Positions 18,773 through 28,748 of a stretch of DNA of 64,000 nucleotides are shown here, piece by piece. Numbering within the stretch: the stretch's first letter is position 1; each line of letters opens with the position of its first letter. The DNA comes from Pseudomonas phage RWG, in sequence record KM411958.1; one strand, given 5' to 3'. Made by a program: the position numbers and the translations under genes. A model generated the notes under the pieces. The model did not search any database and had not been told where the DNA came from. It worked only from the letters and a program-made list of their open reading frames with translations.

Positions 18773-19322
18773 GTACGAACCCGTGTTCGATAGCTCTAAG
18801 GTAGCCCGGTTCTACCATGTGCGTGGATTTGCTGAGCGCAACGGAAGGCAGGTCAGATTCTTCAAGACTACCTGGGTTGGCTTCCTAGAAACTGACCGAG
18901 CCTACTGGGTAGTAGATGAAGATGATCTCAAGGAACTGGAGCATGTCGTACGCATTCGTAAGATCACTGCTGCCAGTGATATCCGTGATCTCGCTAAGGA
19001 GAGATACGGTGCCTTTCTCGCCCTGAAAGACGGTAGTACCAAGCGAGCACGCACTTCTGTGAAAGCTGCCTTCTTCAGCATGATCTGTCGTCGTGAACGC
19101 CAGTTAACCTTTCTGGAGCGTGACCTCAATAGTGCTCAGTCAATCCTTCTGGGTACTCGCTTGGATACCAAGGTAGCCGAGCGTCTGGAGATGCTGAATA
19201 CCACTACGGTAGAGATCCCCAGTTCCTGGGATATCGACCAGCAGATCCTGGCAGAGCACAAGCGTATCCACGAGAACGAAGGACACGAAGAAGGTGCACT
19301 GGTCTGGGAACCTGATTTCTGA
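18765..19322 (+). CDS. hypothetical protein
   Basis: GAGGTG RBS. 185 aa. Last plus-strand gene before the strand switch. Confidence 0.55.
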   Translation: MSKYEPVFDSSKVARFYHVRGFAERNGRQVRFFKTTWVGFLETDRAYWVVDEDDLKELEHVVRIRKITAASDIRDLAKERYGAFLALKDGSTKRARTSVKAAFFSMICRRERQLTFLERDLNSAQSILLGTRLDTKVAERLEMLNTTTVEIPSSWDIDQQILAEHKRIHENEGHEEGALVWEPDF

Positions 19323-19329
19323 CAGGCAT

Positions 19330-19365
19330 TAAAAACCCCCGAAGACCGCAGTCTAAGGGGGTTAC
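19330..19365. terminator. putative bidirectional terminator at convergent gene ends
   Basis: AAAAACCCCC...GGGGGTT with a large loop, sitting between convergent genes. Confidence 0.4.
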
Positions 19366-19383
19366 GCATGGTGTCGAAGGAGA

Positions 19384-19896
19384 CTACTGGGGAGGAGCGT
19401 GCCCCAGTGACTTCACAATAGCGTAGCTCTTCTGGCATGTCAATCCTGCCGCATGGCTTCGGTCAAGCGCTCCTGCGAGTTCTTGTCGATGGCTGACACA
19501 GCTTCCGTACAGGTCGGCGAGCACCACAGAGGCAGCGTTGCTTGCATGCCGCTCAGTGGTAGCTCTGGCATCATCGGCGATGAGGTCGTCACGTAGACGG
19601 GAGACTTGCTCCCGCAGGCTACGAGACTGAGCATCAGCAGCAGCAATGCGGGCAGCTTGATCAGCCAGTTGTTCATCAGCATCTTTTTTTACCTCGTTCA
19701 TGGCTTCGAGCAGACTCTGTTCGATGGCCTTTTTGTTTTCTTCCGCAGTCCTTTCAGCCTGCATCATGCGGAGTTCCCACTCCGCATTGGTCTTGGATTC
19801 CGCCTTCACGAAGCCCTTGTTGTAGGCGTAGAAGGCAATGATGGCGAACAGCAAAACCTCTGCTATCCACCGGATCTGGCGGGCTGAGATGGTCAT
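19384..19896 (-). CDS. i-spanin (Rz-like)
   Basis: N-terminal TM helix (IAEVLLFAIIAFYAY) followed by a long charged coiled-coil. Adjacent to the endolysin. Contains an embedded out-of-frame lipoprotein gene. Confidence 0.7.
   Translation of the reverse strand: MTISARQIRWIAEVLLFAIIAFYAYNKGFVKAESKTNAEWELRMMQAERTAEENKKAIEQSLLEAMNEVKKDADEQLADQAARIAAADAQSRSLREQVSRLRDDLIADDARATTERHASNAASVVLADLYGSCVSHRQELAGALDRSHAAGLTCQKSYAIVKSLGHAPPQ
19440..19682 (-). CDS. o-spanin (Rz1-like lipoprotein) embedded in the Rz frame
   Basis: Signal peptide ending in the lipobox LVAC-G. Pro-rich mature part. Entirely inside the Rz gene in a different frame. Confidence 0.65.
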   Translation of the reverse strand: MLMNNWLIKLPALLLLMLSLVACGSKSPVYVTTSSPMMPELPLSGMQATLPLWCSPTCTEAVSAIDKNSQERLTEAMRQD

Positions 19897-20417
19897 TGGG
19901 TCACCACCCTTACCGCCTTGCGGTACAGTTCCGGCCAGGTGGCTTCATGGGGTTGCCCAGGACGCCATTGGCGTATGTAGAGATCCCATGCTTCCTGCTG
20001 AGCCTTGATGGCAGGCAGACGGTGTGGGTCCGTGAAGAGCAGGATGCGAGCCAAGGCACAAGCCAAGACATCATCATGCTCCAGGGCATCCCACACTGCG
20101 TCTTCAGTTACCGGCACACCCCTGGCCTTGCAGACCGAGTGCACCAGTTCCTTGGTCGATGGCTTCCAGAAGTTGAGCAGTCCCTTGACGGCACCACCCT
20201 TCTCCATCTGCCAGTAGCCCTTGGCTGGGCCAAGGGGAAGAAGGACTTTACGTCCCTCGCTGTTGATGGAGTTCACCAGCTGCCTACGAGAGGCAAAGCG
20301 GGACTCCTGTAACCCAATGGCCAGCAACATCACGCTGGCCTCTGGACTGTTCATGCTGGCCGGAAGCAGCTTGTAGGCTTCCGGTAGCACTTGGTTGAAT
20401 ACCTGGTCAGCAGTCAT
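19893..20417 (-). CDS. endolysin, lytic transglycosylase (SLT domain)
   Basis: LLAIGLQESRF is the catalytic Glu-Ser motif of the SLT/GEWL fold. Sits in the lysis cassette. Confidence 0.7.
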   Translation of the reverse strand: MTADQVFNQVLPEAYKLLPASMNSPEASVMLLAIGLQESRFASRRQLVNSINSEGRKVLLPLGPAKGYWQMEKGGAVKGLLNFWKPSTKELVHSVCKARGVPVTEDAVWDALEHDDVLACALARILLFTDPHRLPAIKAQQEAWDLYIRQWRPGQPHEATWPELYRKAVRVVTQ

Positions 20418-20656
20418 TTCGGTTCCTCCGGTAGGGGGTAGCGTTCCTGAATCTCTTTGACCTTTTCAAGCCAAGGAGTGAGGTCAGCTGTCTCCCCGTT
20501 CTCCATCGCCAGAGCTTCCAGTTCGATCCGAATCGGTTCGCTCTCCGACTGATAGGCTATCGCTCGGAGGTTCTTCACCTCCTTGAGCGCCTCCTGATAC
20601 TTCGACATTTCCAGTTCCTTCGGGTTCTGGAAGTCGTTCCAAGCGATAGAAGTCAA
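20414..20656 (-). CDS. hypothetical small acidic protein
   Basis: 80-aa ORF. Overlaps the 3' end of the upstream ORF (see findings). Confidence 0.35.
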   Translation of the reverse strand: MTSIAWNDFQNPKELEMSKYQEALKEVKNLRAIAYQSESEPIRIELEALAMENGETADLTPWLEKVKEIQERYPLPEEPK

Positions 20657-20972
20657 AGGGCATCTCCACGGGACCGTCCTCGGTCACCAAAAAAGGTTCG
20701 ATGATCGACTCTTGAGCATCGAAGATCTCCAGAGTCACTTGGTGAATATACCGGATGAAGAGGTTTCCGTCTTCATAGTGGATGTCCTGGAAAGGAGTAC
20801 GGCCTATGTAGGCTTGTGGAGGGAGGTACCCTCCCCCAATGAAGGGGGAGAAGTCGTGTTCCTCGCCATCCACAGTGAGCTTGGTGCCGGAGACCGACAC
20901 CTTACTCACTCGTTCCCGACCTGGAATGTCCACTTGCATGTCAGGCTTGAGGATGAATTGCATTATTTCCAC
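20484..20972 (-). CDS. hypothetical protein (3' end possibly over-extended)
   Basis: The N-terminal ~105 aa look protein-like. The C-terminal ~55 aa are Gly/Ser/Glu low-complexity and overlap the next ORF. Confidence 0.45.
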   Translation of the reverse strand: MEIMQFILKPDMQVDIPGRERVSKVSVSGTKLTVDGEEHDFSPFIGGGYLPPQAYIGRTPFQDIHYEDGNLFIRYIHQVTLEIFDAQESIIEPFLVTEDGPVEMPFDFYRLERLPEPEGTGNVEVSGGAQGGEEPPSDSLSVGERTDSDRTGSSGDGERGDS

Positions 20973-23900
20973 CGTCCTACTGCGACTACTGCGCAGTTAA
21001 TGAATGAAGTACTGGCAAAGCTGTGTGCAGTATACCCAGCAACCCGGTAGATCTGCACGAGAGCATTTCCATTGCCCACGTTGTAGGTAAACGGACTGGT
21101 CACAGCGAAGTAAGGCATATCGTTGATATCAGCACGAGCACCAAGAATAGGCTGCACAGTGATAGTAGGCGGTGCTACGAACCCCATCGGGTAGGTGTAG
21201 GTGTACTGCAACACATCCACCGCAGAGTAGGTGAGCCGTATCGTTGCGTAGACGATCTGAGTACCGTCAGCGAAACGTACAGAACGGCCCACGTTCTGGT
21301 TGTTGTTGCCGTTGTTCTGGAAGATAGCAGTAGTCAGAGGTTCGGTGGTTACCGAACCCTCCAGTTGGTTAGAAGCCAACAACCGCACCCAGCTTTCCCA
21401 ACCGTTGTTCGACCGAGCACGGTAGAACACAGAGGTAGCGTAGGAACCAGCACCACCAGTACGCGGGAACAGCAGCTGATACTTCGTGACATTGTCGAAC
21501 ACCGAAGTGATACCAGCATGCCCGTTCGTGGTATCCATGCCCAGCGGAAGACCAGCAGTACCACTCGGTACCGAGTAGAAACCGTTGAGGGCTGCGTTGT
21601 CGATACTGTTGCTCGGAAGGGTCTGGTTTGCGATAGGCATACCACCCAGGTAGTTCAGCGCCCCACCAGCCGAGGAAGCCCCCAGCAAAGCCACACCAGT
21701 AGGAGTGGTAGACAGGTTACGCCAGCCACCATCTGCACTGTCCTGGATCGGTACGAAGCCAGACAGAGATGGGCTACCAGGTGGGTTGAACAACGGCAGT
21801 TCCATGAACTTTAGAGTTCGTGGCTTGGTGACGTTGTTCTCATCCAACCAGGTGAAGGTAGCCAGTTCTACCGGAGTCTGCCAGACGCCCGAAGTATTCG
21901 TCGTACGGATGAACAGACGGCCAGTGTAGGCCGGGTTCCACAGCTGCCAGCCCTTGTTGGTGTCGTAGGACTTGTGGTCCACGAAAGCCAGAACAGTGTT
22001 CAATCCAGAGGGCAAAGGGTTACCTGCACCAGCGGGAACGTGGTAGTAGCCACTCCGTACACCGGCACCGGACAACTGTGCTCCCGTACGGCTGTCCATG
22101 GTGAGGTCACCGTAGCCGTACCGTTGGGTCCAGTCCTGAATGAACGTGACCACGTACTCGGTATTGGCGATGGTCTTGCCGAACGGCAGGAAAGGAGTCT
22201 GAGTGGGAACAGTCGGGATACCAGTGAAGGCTGGGCTATCCAACGAGGCGAAGCCATTGGTATCGCTGGAGTTGGAGAAGAACTGGCCAAGCTTGTCGGC
22301 GATCTTCTGTGCCGAGGCATCGGTCAGGTGCAGGCCATCACTCGCACCGAGGGCAGGGTCCATGTACCCGTCCTTGGCGATGAGTCGAGCAATGTCCAGC
22401 GTCTGGGCCAAACCATTGACCTTGGGCAGTTCAGTGTTCCACCACTGGTCGGTGTAGTCCCGTAGCTTGACGGTAGTGGACGAAGCATCGTTGTACGCCT
22501 TCGTGCCCTGCATGGAGTTGAACAGCACCACCTGGGCACCGACAGCATGAAGCTGGTCGATGATGGCTTGGGTGTCAGAGGTGCGCTTCTCCATAGTCAT
22601 GGTGGCATCGTTCACGTCATTCGTGCTGGCATGCATGAAGACTACCTTGACGCCAGAGTTGGAGATCTCCGACAGCTGGCTGAGGTACTGCCAAGTACGA
22701 CGACCTTCCACGCCCTGCACAAGCACGAGGTTGTTCCGGTTCGTGGCATACAGCGGAACCTTCCCAAACCAAGTACCAGCCCAGTTGCGATTGTTGTTGT
22801 AGGAGTTACTCCCGCGAGTCACACCGTACTCGTTCTGGCCTGCGGCGATGCTGTCGCCGTAGCAGATGAGGTTGGGCTTGCACACCGAGATGAAGTCCAG
22901 ATCCAGCCACCAGTTCTGCGGGGCTACCGGCATGGACGAGATCTCGATGAAAGCAGGCTTGATGGCATCTACCATCAGACGACCACCACCCTTCTGCCAA
23001 GTGCCATTGGGCATGCGGCGGAAGAGTTCGATGTGGCGGTTTACCGCATCGTACTTCACAGCAAGGTCTAGCCAGTCTTCGGTTCCCAAACCAGTGAACA
23101 TGGTTGCAGCGTTGCGGGTACCACCCTCGGTGCCTTGCATGTGGATGGTGTTGGGTTCCACCAAGCCATTCGCATTGACGTTGAAGTAGACCACGCAGTC
23201 CTTGTTGTCAGTAGCGATGAAGCGGATCTGTGCAGAACGGTTCTGCGAGGCGGTACCGGTCTGGGTCTTCACACGCATGTAGACGATCCAGTGGCTGTCC
23301 GGGAAGGACACTGCCTGTCGTACGAACGCACGGGAACCGCTGCCATCGGTCTTGGTCAGGCGCATGACGCTACCGTCCGAGACAGCCGTAGCAGGGCCAG
23401 ATACAGTCCATCGGTAGGGGTCGGTACCTTCGTAGGTGAAGGTTTCGTTCATGCCTACCAGCGGAGGCAGGGAACCACCCTCGACCTTTTCAGCCATGGC
23501 GTCAGCCAGATCCCGTGCACGGTCAGCCTCGCTCTTGGAGCGGTCAGCTTCCGTCTTCGCACGGTTGGCTTGGTTGGTTGCAGCAGTTGCCGAGGCGGCA
23601 GAACCAGCAGCGGCATTCGCAGCATTGGTCTCGCTGACCTTGGCCGCAGCAGCAGAGGCTTCTGCCTTACCCACTTCGACCTTCGCAAGCTCAACTTGCT
23701 GAGCAGCTTTGGTCACTTCAGCCTGAGCCTTGGTCACCTCGGCTTTGGCTTTAACGACCTCATCCTGGGCTTTGACGACCTCGGCTTTGGCTAGATCTAC
23801 CTGCACTTCAGCACGGTCAGCCTGAGCTTCAGCTTCGTCACGAGCCTCACGGGCATCGACGACAGCCTGGGTGATCTTGTTCATGGCTTCCTCGTCCCAC

Positions 23901-24235
23901 GGCAGATTCGTGGGCGGGGGCATCAGGATCAGTTCCTGCACGTAGACCGGATCAGCAGAGTCCGGCACGTAGAAGGTGAAGGTGTACTGCGAGCAGGGAT
24001 CGTCCTCGTACTCGTCGTCATCGCCTATAGCAGTGACGCGGTAGGCAGAGGTAGACGATTCCAAGTCCATGGTGAACTCGCCCTTGGCGTCGGTCACCAT
24101 CTCGTAGGTTTCGGGAATTACGACGCAGTGCTCTGCATCGCTCATGCCAGGACGGGTCAGTCGCACGGTGAACTTCTCGTTCGCCTGTGGGCTGCCATCC
24201 GGGTTATGGAAGGTGAAGATCACCTTGGTAGTCAT
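20963..24235 (-). CDS. tail fibre/spike protein with SGNH (GDSL) esterase domain
   Basis: 1090 aa. Ala/Lys-rich coiled-coil near the N-terminus. ICYGDSIAAGQNEYG is a GDS(L) block I. Adjacent to other fibre-like genes. Confidence 0.7.
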   Translation of the reverse strand: MTTKVIFTFHNPDGSPQANEKFTVRLTRPGMSDAEHCVVIPETYEMVTDAKGEFTMDLESSTSAYRVTAIGDDDEYEDDPCSQYTFTFYVPDSADPVYVQELILMPPPTNLPWDEEAMNKITQAVVDAREARDEAEAQADRAEVQVDLAKAEVVKAQDEVVKAKAEVTKAQAEVTKAAQQVELAKVEVGKAEASAAAAKVSETNAANAAAGSAASATAATNQANRAKTEADRSKSEADRARDLADAMAEKVEGGSLPPLVGMNETFTYEGTDPYRWTVSGPATAVSDGSVMRLTKTDGSGSRAFVRQAVSFPDSHWIVYMRVKTQTGTASQNRSAQIRFIATDNKDCVVYFNVNANGLVEPNTIHMQGTEGGTRNAATMFTGLGTEDWLDLAVKYDAVNRHIELFRRMPNGTWQKGGGRLMVDAIKPAFIEISSMPVAPQNWWLDLDFISVCKPNLICYGDSIAAGQNEYGVTRGSNSYNNNRNWAGTWFGKVPLYATNRNNLVLVQGVEGRRTWQYLSQLSEISNSGVKVVFMHASTNDVNDATMTMEKRTSDTQAIIDQLHAVGAQVVLFNSMQGTKAYNDASSTTVKLRDYTDQWWNTELPKVNGLAQTLDIARLIAKDGYMDPALGASDGLHLTDASAQKIADKLGQFFSNSSDTNGFASLDSPAFTGIPTVPTQTPFLPFGKTIANTEYVVTFIQDWTQRYGYGDLTMDSRTGAQLSGAGVRSGYYHVPAGAGNPLPSGLNTVLAFVDHKSYDTNKGWQLWNPAYTGRLFIRTTNTSGVWQTPVELATFTWLDENNVTKPRTLKFMELPLFNPPGSPSLSGFVPIQDSADGGWRNLSTTPTGVALLGASSAGGALNYLGGMPIANQTLPSNSIDNAALNGFYSVPSGTAGLPLGMDTTNGHAGITSVFDNVTKYQLLFPRTGGAGSYATSVFYRARSNNGWESWVRLLASNQLEGSVTTEPLTTAIFQNNGNNNQNVGRSVRFADGTQIVYATIRLTYSAVDVLQYTYTYPMGFVAPPTITVQPILGARADINDMPYFAVTSPFTYNVGNGNALVQIYRVAGYTAHSFASTSFINCAVVAVGRWK

Positions 24236-24273
24236 GGGTATATCCTCTTCGAAGGGAGCGTGCAGTGTACCGT

Positions 24274-24941
24274 TTATTCGATGGCCAACAAAGGATGGTC
24301 AATAGTGTAACCGGGCTTGTTGCCGCTGATGAAAGCAGCGATGTACATCCAACCCGTAGGGCCGTTAAGCATTCCAATGGTGAAACCATTGTGCATGAAG
24401 GTTGTGTTACCGAAGTCCACTCGGAAGTAGGCACCCTGCTTGATTTTGGTTGCATCGGCATACCAACTCCCCAGTGTACGACCACCAGGGAAGTTAGGGT
24501 TGTAGCCGTAGGGCAAGAACCTCTGGATACCACCAAGGAATACTGCTGGTGTGTAGCCAGTATCGAATACGCCATTACCATCAGCGTCAAATACCTGCAT
24601 ACCCCAGCCAGCAGTCTTTGGCATATGCACAGCAACGATCTTGTACTTACCGGAATACACCGAAGGAGCCATACCAGCAAAGTTGGTCAGTACAAAGCGA
24701 CAACCGGTCCAGTTACCGTTAGAACCGAACCAAGTGAAGTCCATGAAACCATGAGGGCCATCTTGCTTAGCGAAGAAAATTGGCAAGCTCTGGGATCTGA
24801 TAGGGGTAGGGAACTGCACGTAGATAAAGTCTTGCCCAGGTCTGTCATACTTATAGGATCCTTCGAACACAACAACATAGACGGGATTCAACTCGTCGAT
24901 GCAGATGTCACTGTTTTCGTTTGTCAGTTTAATACCGTAAG

Positions 24942-24945
<4 letters not shown>
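24274..24945 (-). CDS. tail-associated hypothetical protein
   Basis: 223 aa, Gly/aromatic-rich. Lies between fibre genes. Confidence 0.55.
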
Positions 24946-26563
<1,618 letters not shown>

Positions 26564-26577
26564 CTAACCTCCCCCAG

Positions 26578-26660
26578 CCTATCCACGCAGGAACGCAGTC
26601 CGCCGAGGATCGAGCGCAGCGAGCACCGCAGAGCGAGACGGGAGTGGATGCGTGGATAGG
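26578..26660 (-). repeat. structured repeat E1: 12-bp inverted repeat CCTATCCACGCA/TGCGTGGATAGG enclosing conserved core (CTCGCTGCGCTCGATCCTCGGCG on minus strand)
   Basis: Read directly from sequence. The same core occurs in three further elements. Confidence 0.7.
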
Positions 26661-26670
26661 CGGAAGGAAT

Positions 26671-26686
26671 AATTGAATATTCAATT
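26671..26686. promoter_or_regulatory. perfect 16-bp palindrome AATTGAATATTCAATT (candidate dimeric regulator site)
   Basis: Exact dyad symmetry in the divergent intergenic region. Confidence 0.5.
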
Positions 26687-26698
26687 TCCCCCGGTCAG

Positions 26699-26769
26699 GG
26701 GTCAGGTTACGGGTCATCCCTTGCGGGCCTCGCTGCGCTCGCTCCTCGGGCGACCACTTCACCTGACCC
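26699..26769 (+). repeat. structured repeat E2: 9-bp inverted repeat GGGTCAGGT/ACCTGACCC enclosing core CCTCGCTGCGCTCGCTCCTCGGGCG
   Basis: Read directly. Interior shares GTCATCC plus the core with element E4. Confidence 0.7.
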
Positions 26770-26866
26770 CTTCCCTGGATGGAGAAGGGGGAGGGTGAGC
26801 GCTAGTGGTTGCCCTGGGACGGCCCCTTCCAGGGGCGAACCCCTTCGAAAGAAGAGGGGTGAGAGT

Positions 26867-26883
26867 CCCCTATTATATATAAG
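26867..26883 (+). promoter_or_regulatory. CCCCTATTATATATAAG promoter-like motif upstream of the plus-strand gene block
   Basis: Near-identical to CCCCTATATAATATATAGG at 62329. Preceded by a G/C hairpin. ~35 nt upstream of the 26920 start codon. Confidence 0.45.
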
Positions 26884-26919
26884 ACACTTTCGTGAACATT
26901 TTTTAACCAGGAGGTTTTC

Positions 26920-27348
26920 ATGGAAAAACTCACCGCTGAGGACGTACCCTTCAAGGACTTCCCCATCGACTCCATGCCGAATCTCCTGGCTCAGCTGGGC
27001 AAGGCTCGTACTGACACCATCCGGTTTCATGGCTTGGATCGAAGATCGATAGGAGGACCACGGACTCGTTGGTTTACCAACCCCCACGCAAAACGCTTGC
27101 AGGGGCTTCCTGATGCGTTTTCGGATCGAGGGGTAGAGGACATCCTCTCGGGCATCGCATCAGCCACAGAGGGCTCCCAGAGGCCGTTGTCGGCTGCACG
27201 TCTGTTCGTCCTGCTACAAGAACCTCAGCTGTGCTACGACCTGCTCATGGGTGGCATGGCTTTGGAGAAGCGACAAGCGCTTCGCTACATGGCAGCAGCC
27301 AAGCTAGCCGTGTTCCACCTCAACCGATACTTTGGAGCAAGCCAATGA
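26920..27348 (+). CDS. hypothetical protein
   Basis: AGGAGG RBS. 142 aa. Confidence 0.55.
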   Translation: MEKLTAEDVPFKDFPIDSMPNLLAQLGKARTDTIRFHGLDRRSIGGPRTRWFTNPHAKRLQGLPDAFSDRGVEDILSGIASATEGSQRPLSAARLFVLLQEPQLCYDLLMGGMALEKRQALRYMAAAKLAVFHLNRYFGASQ

Positions 27349-27725
27349 GAGATCCACGATACTCGCCTCACCCCGTGTGTAAGGCACAGCATCCACAGGG
27401 ACAACCCTGTGAAGACTGCGAGAAGCTTCACCACAGGTTGCCGGTCAAGTCAGCAGAACCGGCCCACAAGGTCCAGCGTGATACTGCACCCCTGAATCGC
27501 TACCAGCGTCCGATCCCACGTGCCTGGAAGTTCGTAGACGTGTACCGGATCAACATGCTGTTCCCCCTGGGTGAACTGGATCCATCCGGTGCCCTGGACC
27601 ACGCTCGCAAGAAGCTGATGGCACCAGGTCAACGCAGCGGCGGCAAGAGCCTCTGGCAAGACGTGAAGGAAGCCAGGGATACCCTCAATCGTTGGCTTGA
27701 AGACAACGCAGGAGAGGACGACTGA
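27345..27725 (+). CDS. hypothetical protein
   Basis: ATGA overlap with the upstream gene. 126 aa. Confidence 0.5.
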   Translation: MRDPRYSPHPVCKAQHPQGQPCEDCEKLHHRLPVKSAEPAHKVQRDTAPLNRYQRPIPRAWKFVDVYRINMLFPLGELDPSGALDHARKKLMAPGQRSGGKSLWQDVKEARDTLNRWLEDNAGEDD

Positions 27726-27726
27726 C

Positions 27727-28737
27727 ATGGGTCAGATCTACACCAACCAGACGGGTATCCCGATGGCCATGGCTTTGTGGCTGGCTTCGGACTACTACGA
27801 CTACAGCGAAGCAGGGCTGTCAGCCACCACCCTGCTTAAACCAATCAGGCAGGTTGTACTGGCTCGTCGGATCAAGCCATCCGACTCCATGGCCGATATC
27901 GAGGGCATGATCGCCAACCGCATGGGAGCGGCGATTCACGACTCCATCGAGAAGGCTTGGACCGTGAACAAGGACCGGGCACTGGATGCCCTGGGCATCC
28001 CTGCAAGCGTCGCTAAACGTGTGCTGGTGAATCCCACCGAGGCGGAACTAAAGGCGTTCAACGAAGCCAACGAGCAGCCTGCTATCACCGTCTACATGGA
28101 GCAGCGGTCCAAGAAGGAGTACGCAGGAGTAATGGTATCCGGCAAGTACGACTTCGTGGCAGACGGCCAGGTGGAAGACTTCAAGTCCACCACCACCTTC
28201 AGCTACATCAAGGACTCGAAGGACAGCGACTACATCCTACAAGGGTCGATCTACCGTGCTCTCAATCCTGGGCTGATCACCAAGGACACCATGCGAATCC
28301 ACTTCATCTTCACGGATTGGCAGAAGTTCATGGCGAAGCAGAACAAGGACTACCCTCAGAGTCGTGTGGCTTCGAAGGTATTCAACCTGATGCCCATCGC
28401 CGAGACGGAAGAGTGGATCACCAACAGGGTGAAGTGGCTGATGTCCCTGAAGGATACCCCTGAAGCGGATCTGCCCCTGTGCAGCGACGAAGAGCTATGG
28501 CGTAGCCAGCCGGTGTACAAGTACTATCGTGACCCCGCCAAGGCTGACCAGAAGGGTGCTCGCAGCACCAAGAACTTCGACAGCCTGTCGGAAGCCATGG
28601 CTCACCGTGCCAAGGACGGGAACGTTGGCGTAGTGAAGACCATCCCTGGCCAAGTGAAAGCCTGCCTCTACTGCCCGGCATACCTCCTGTGTACGCAGAA
28701 GGACATGCTCATCGCCAAGGGCGACCTCATCGTATAA
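27727..28737 (+). CDS. PD-(D/E)xK family nuclease with C-terminal Cys cluster (Cas4/RecB-like exonuclease)
   Basis: YDFVADGQVEDFKST matches the D...E-x-K nuclease motif. C-terminal CLYCPAYLLC resembles a Cas4/AddB Fe-S Cys cluster. Confidence 0.6.
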   Translation: MGQIYTNQTGIPMAMALWLASDYYDYSEAGLSATTLLKPIRQVVLARRIKPSDSMADIEGMIANRMGAAIHDSIEKAWTVNKDRALDALGIPASVAKRVLVNPTEAELKAFNEANEQPAITVYMEQRSKKEYAGVMVSGKYDFVADGQVEDFKSTTTFSYIKDSKDSDYILQGSIYRALNPGLITKDTMRIHFIFTDWQKFMAKQNKDYPQSRVASKVFNLMPIAETEEWITNRVKWLMSLKDTPEADLPLCSDEELWRSQPVYKYYRDPAKADQKGARSTKNFDSLSEAMAHRAKDGNVGVVKTIPGQVKACLYCPAYLLCTQKDMLIAKGDLIV

Positions 28738-28748
28738 ACCTGGAGTAA

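Noticed and set aside
26578-26660. Possibility that the structured repeats E1 to E4 are tRNA genes
   Set aside because: The outer stems are 9-14 bp, not a 7-bp acceptor. There is no GTTCRANYC T-loop, no D-loop GG and no 3' CCA context. The interior does not fold into a cloverleaf.
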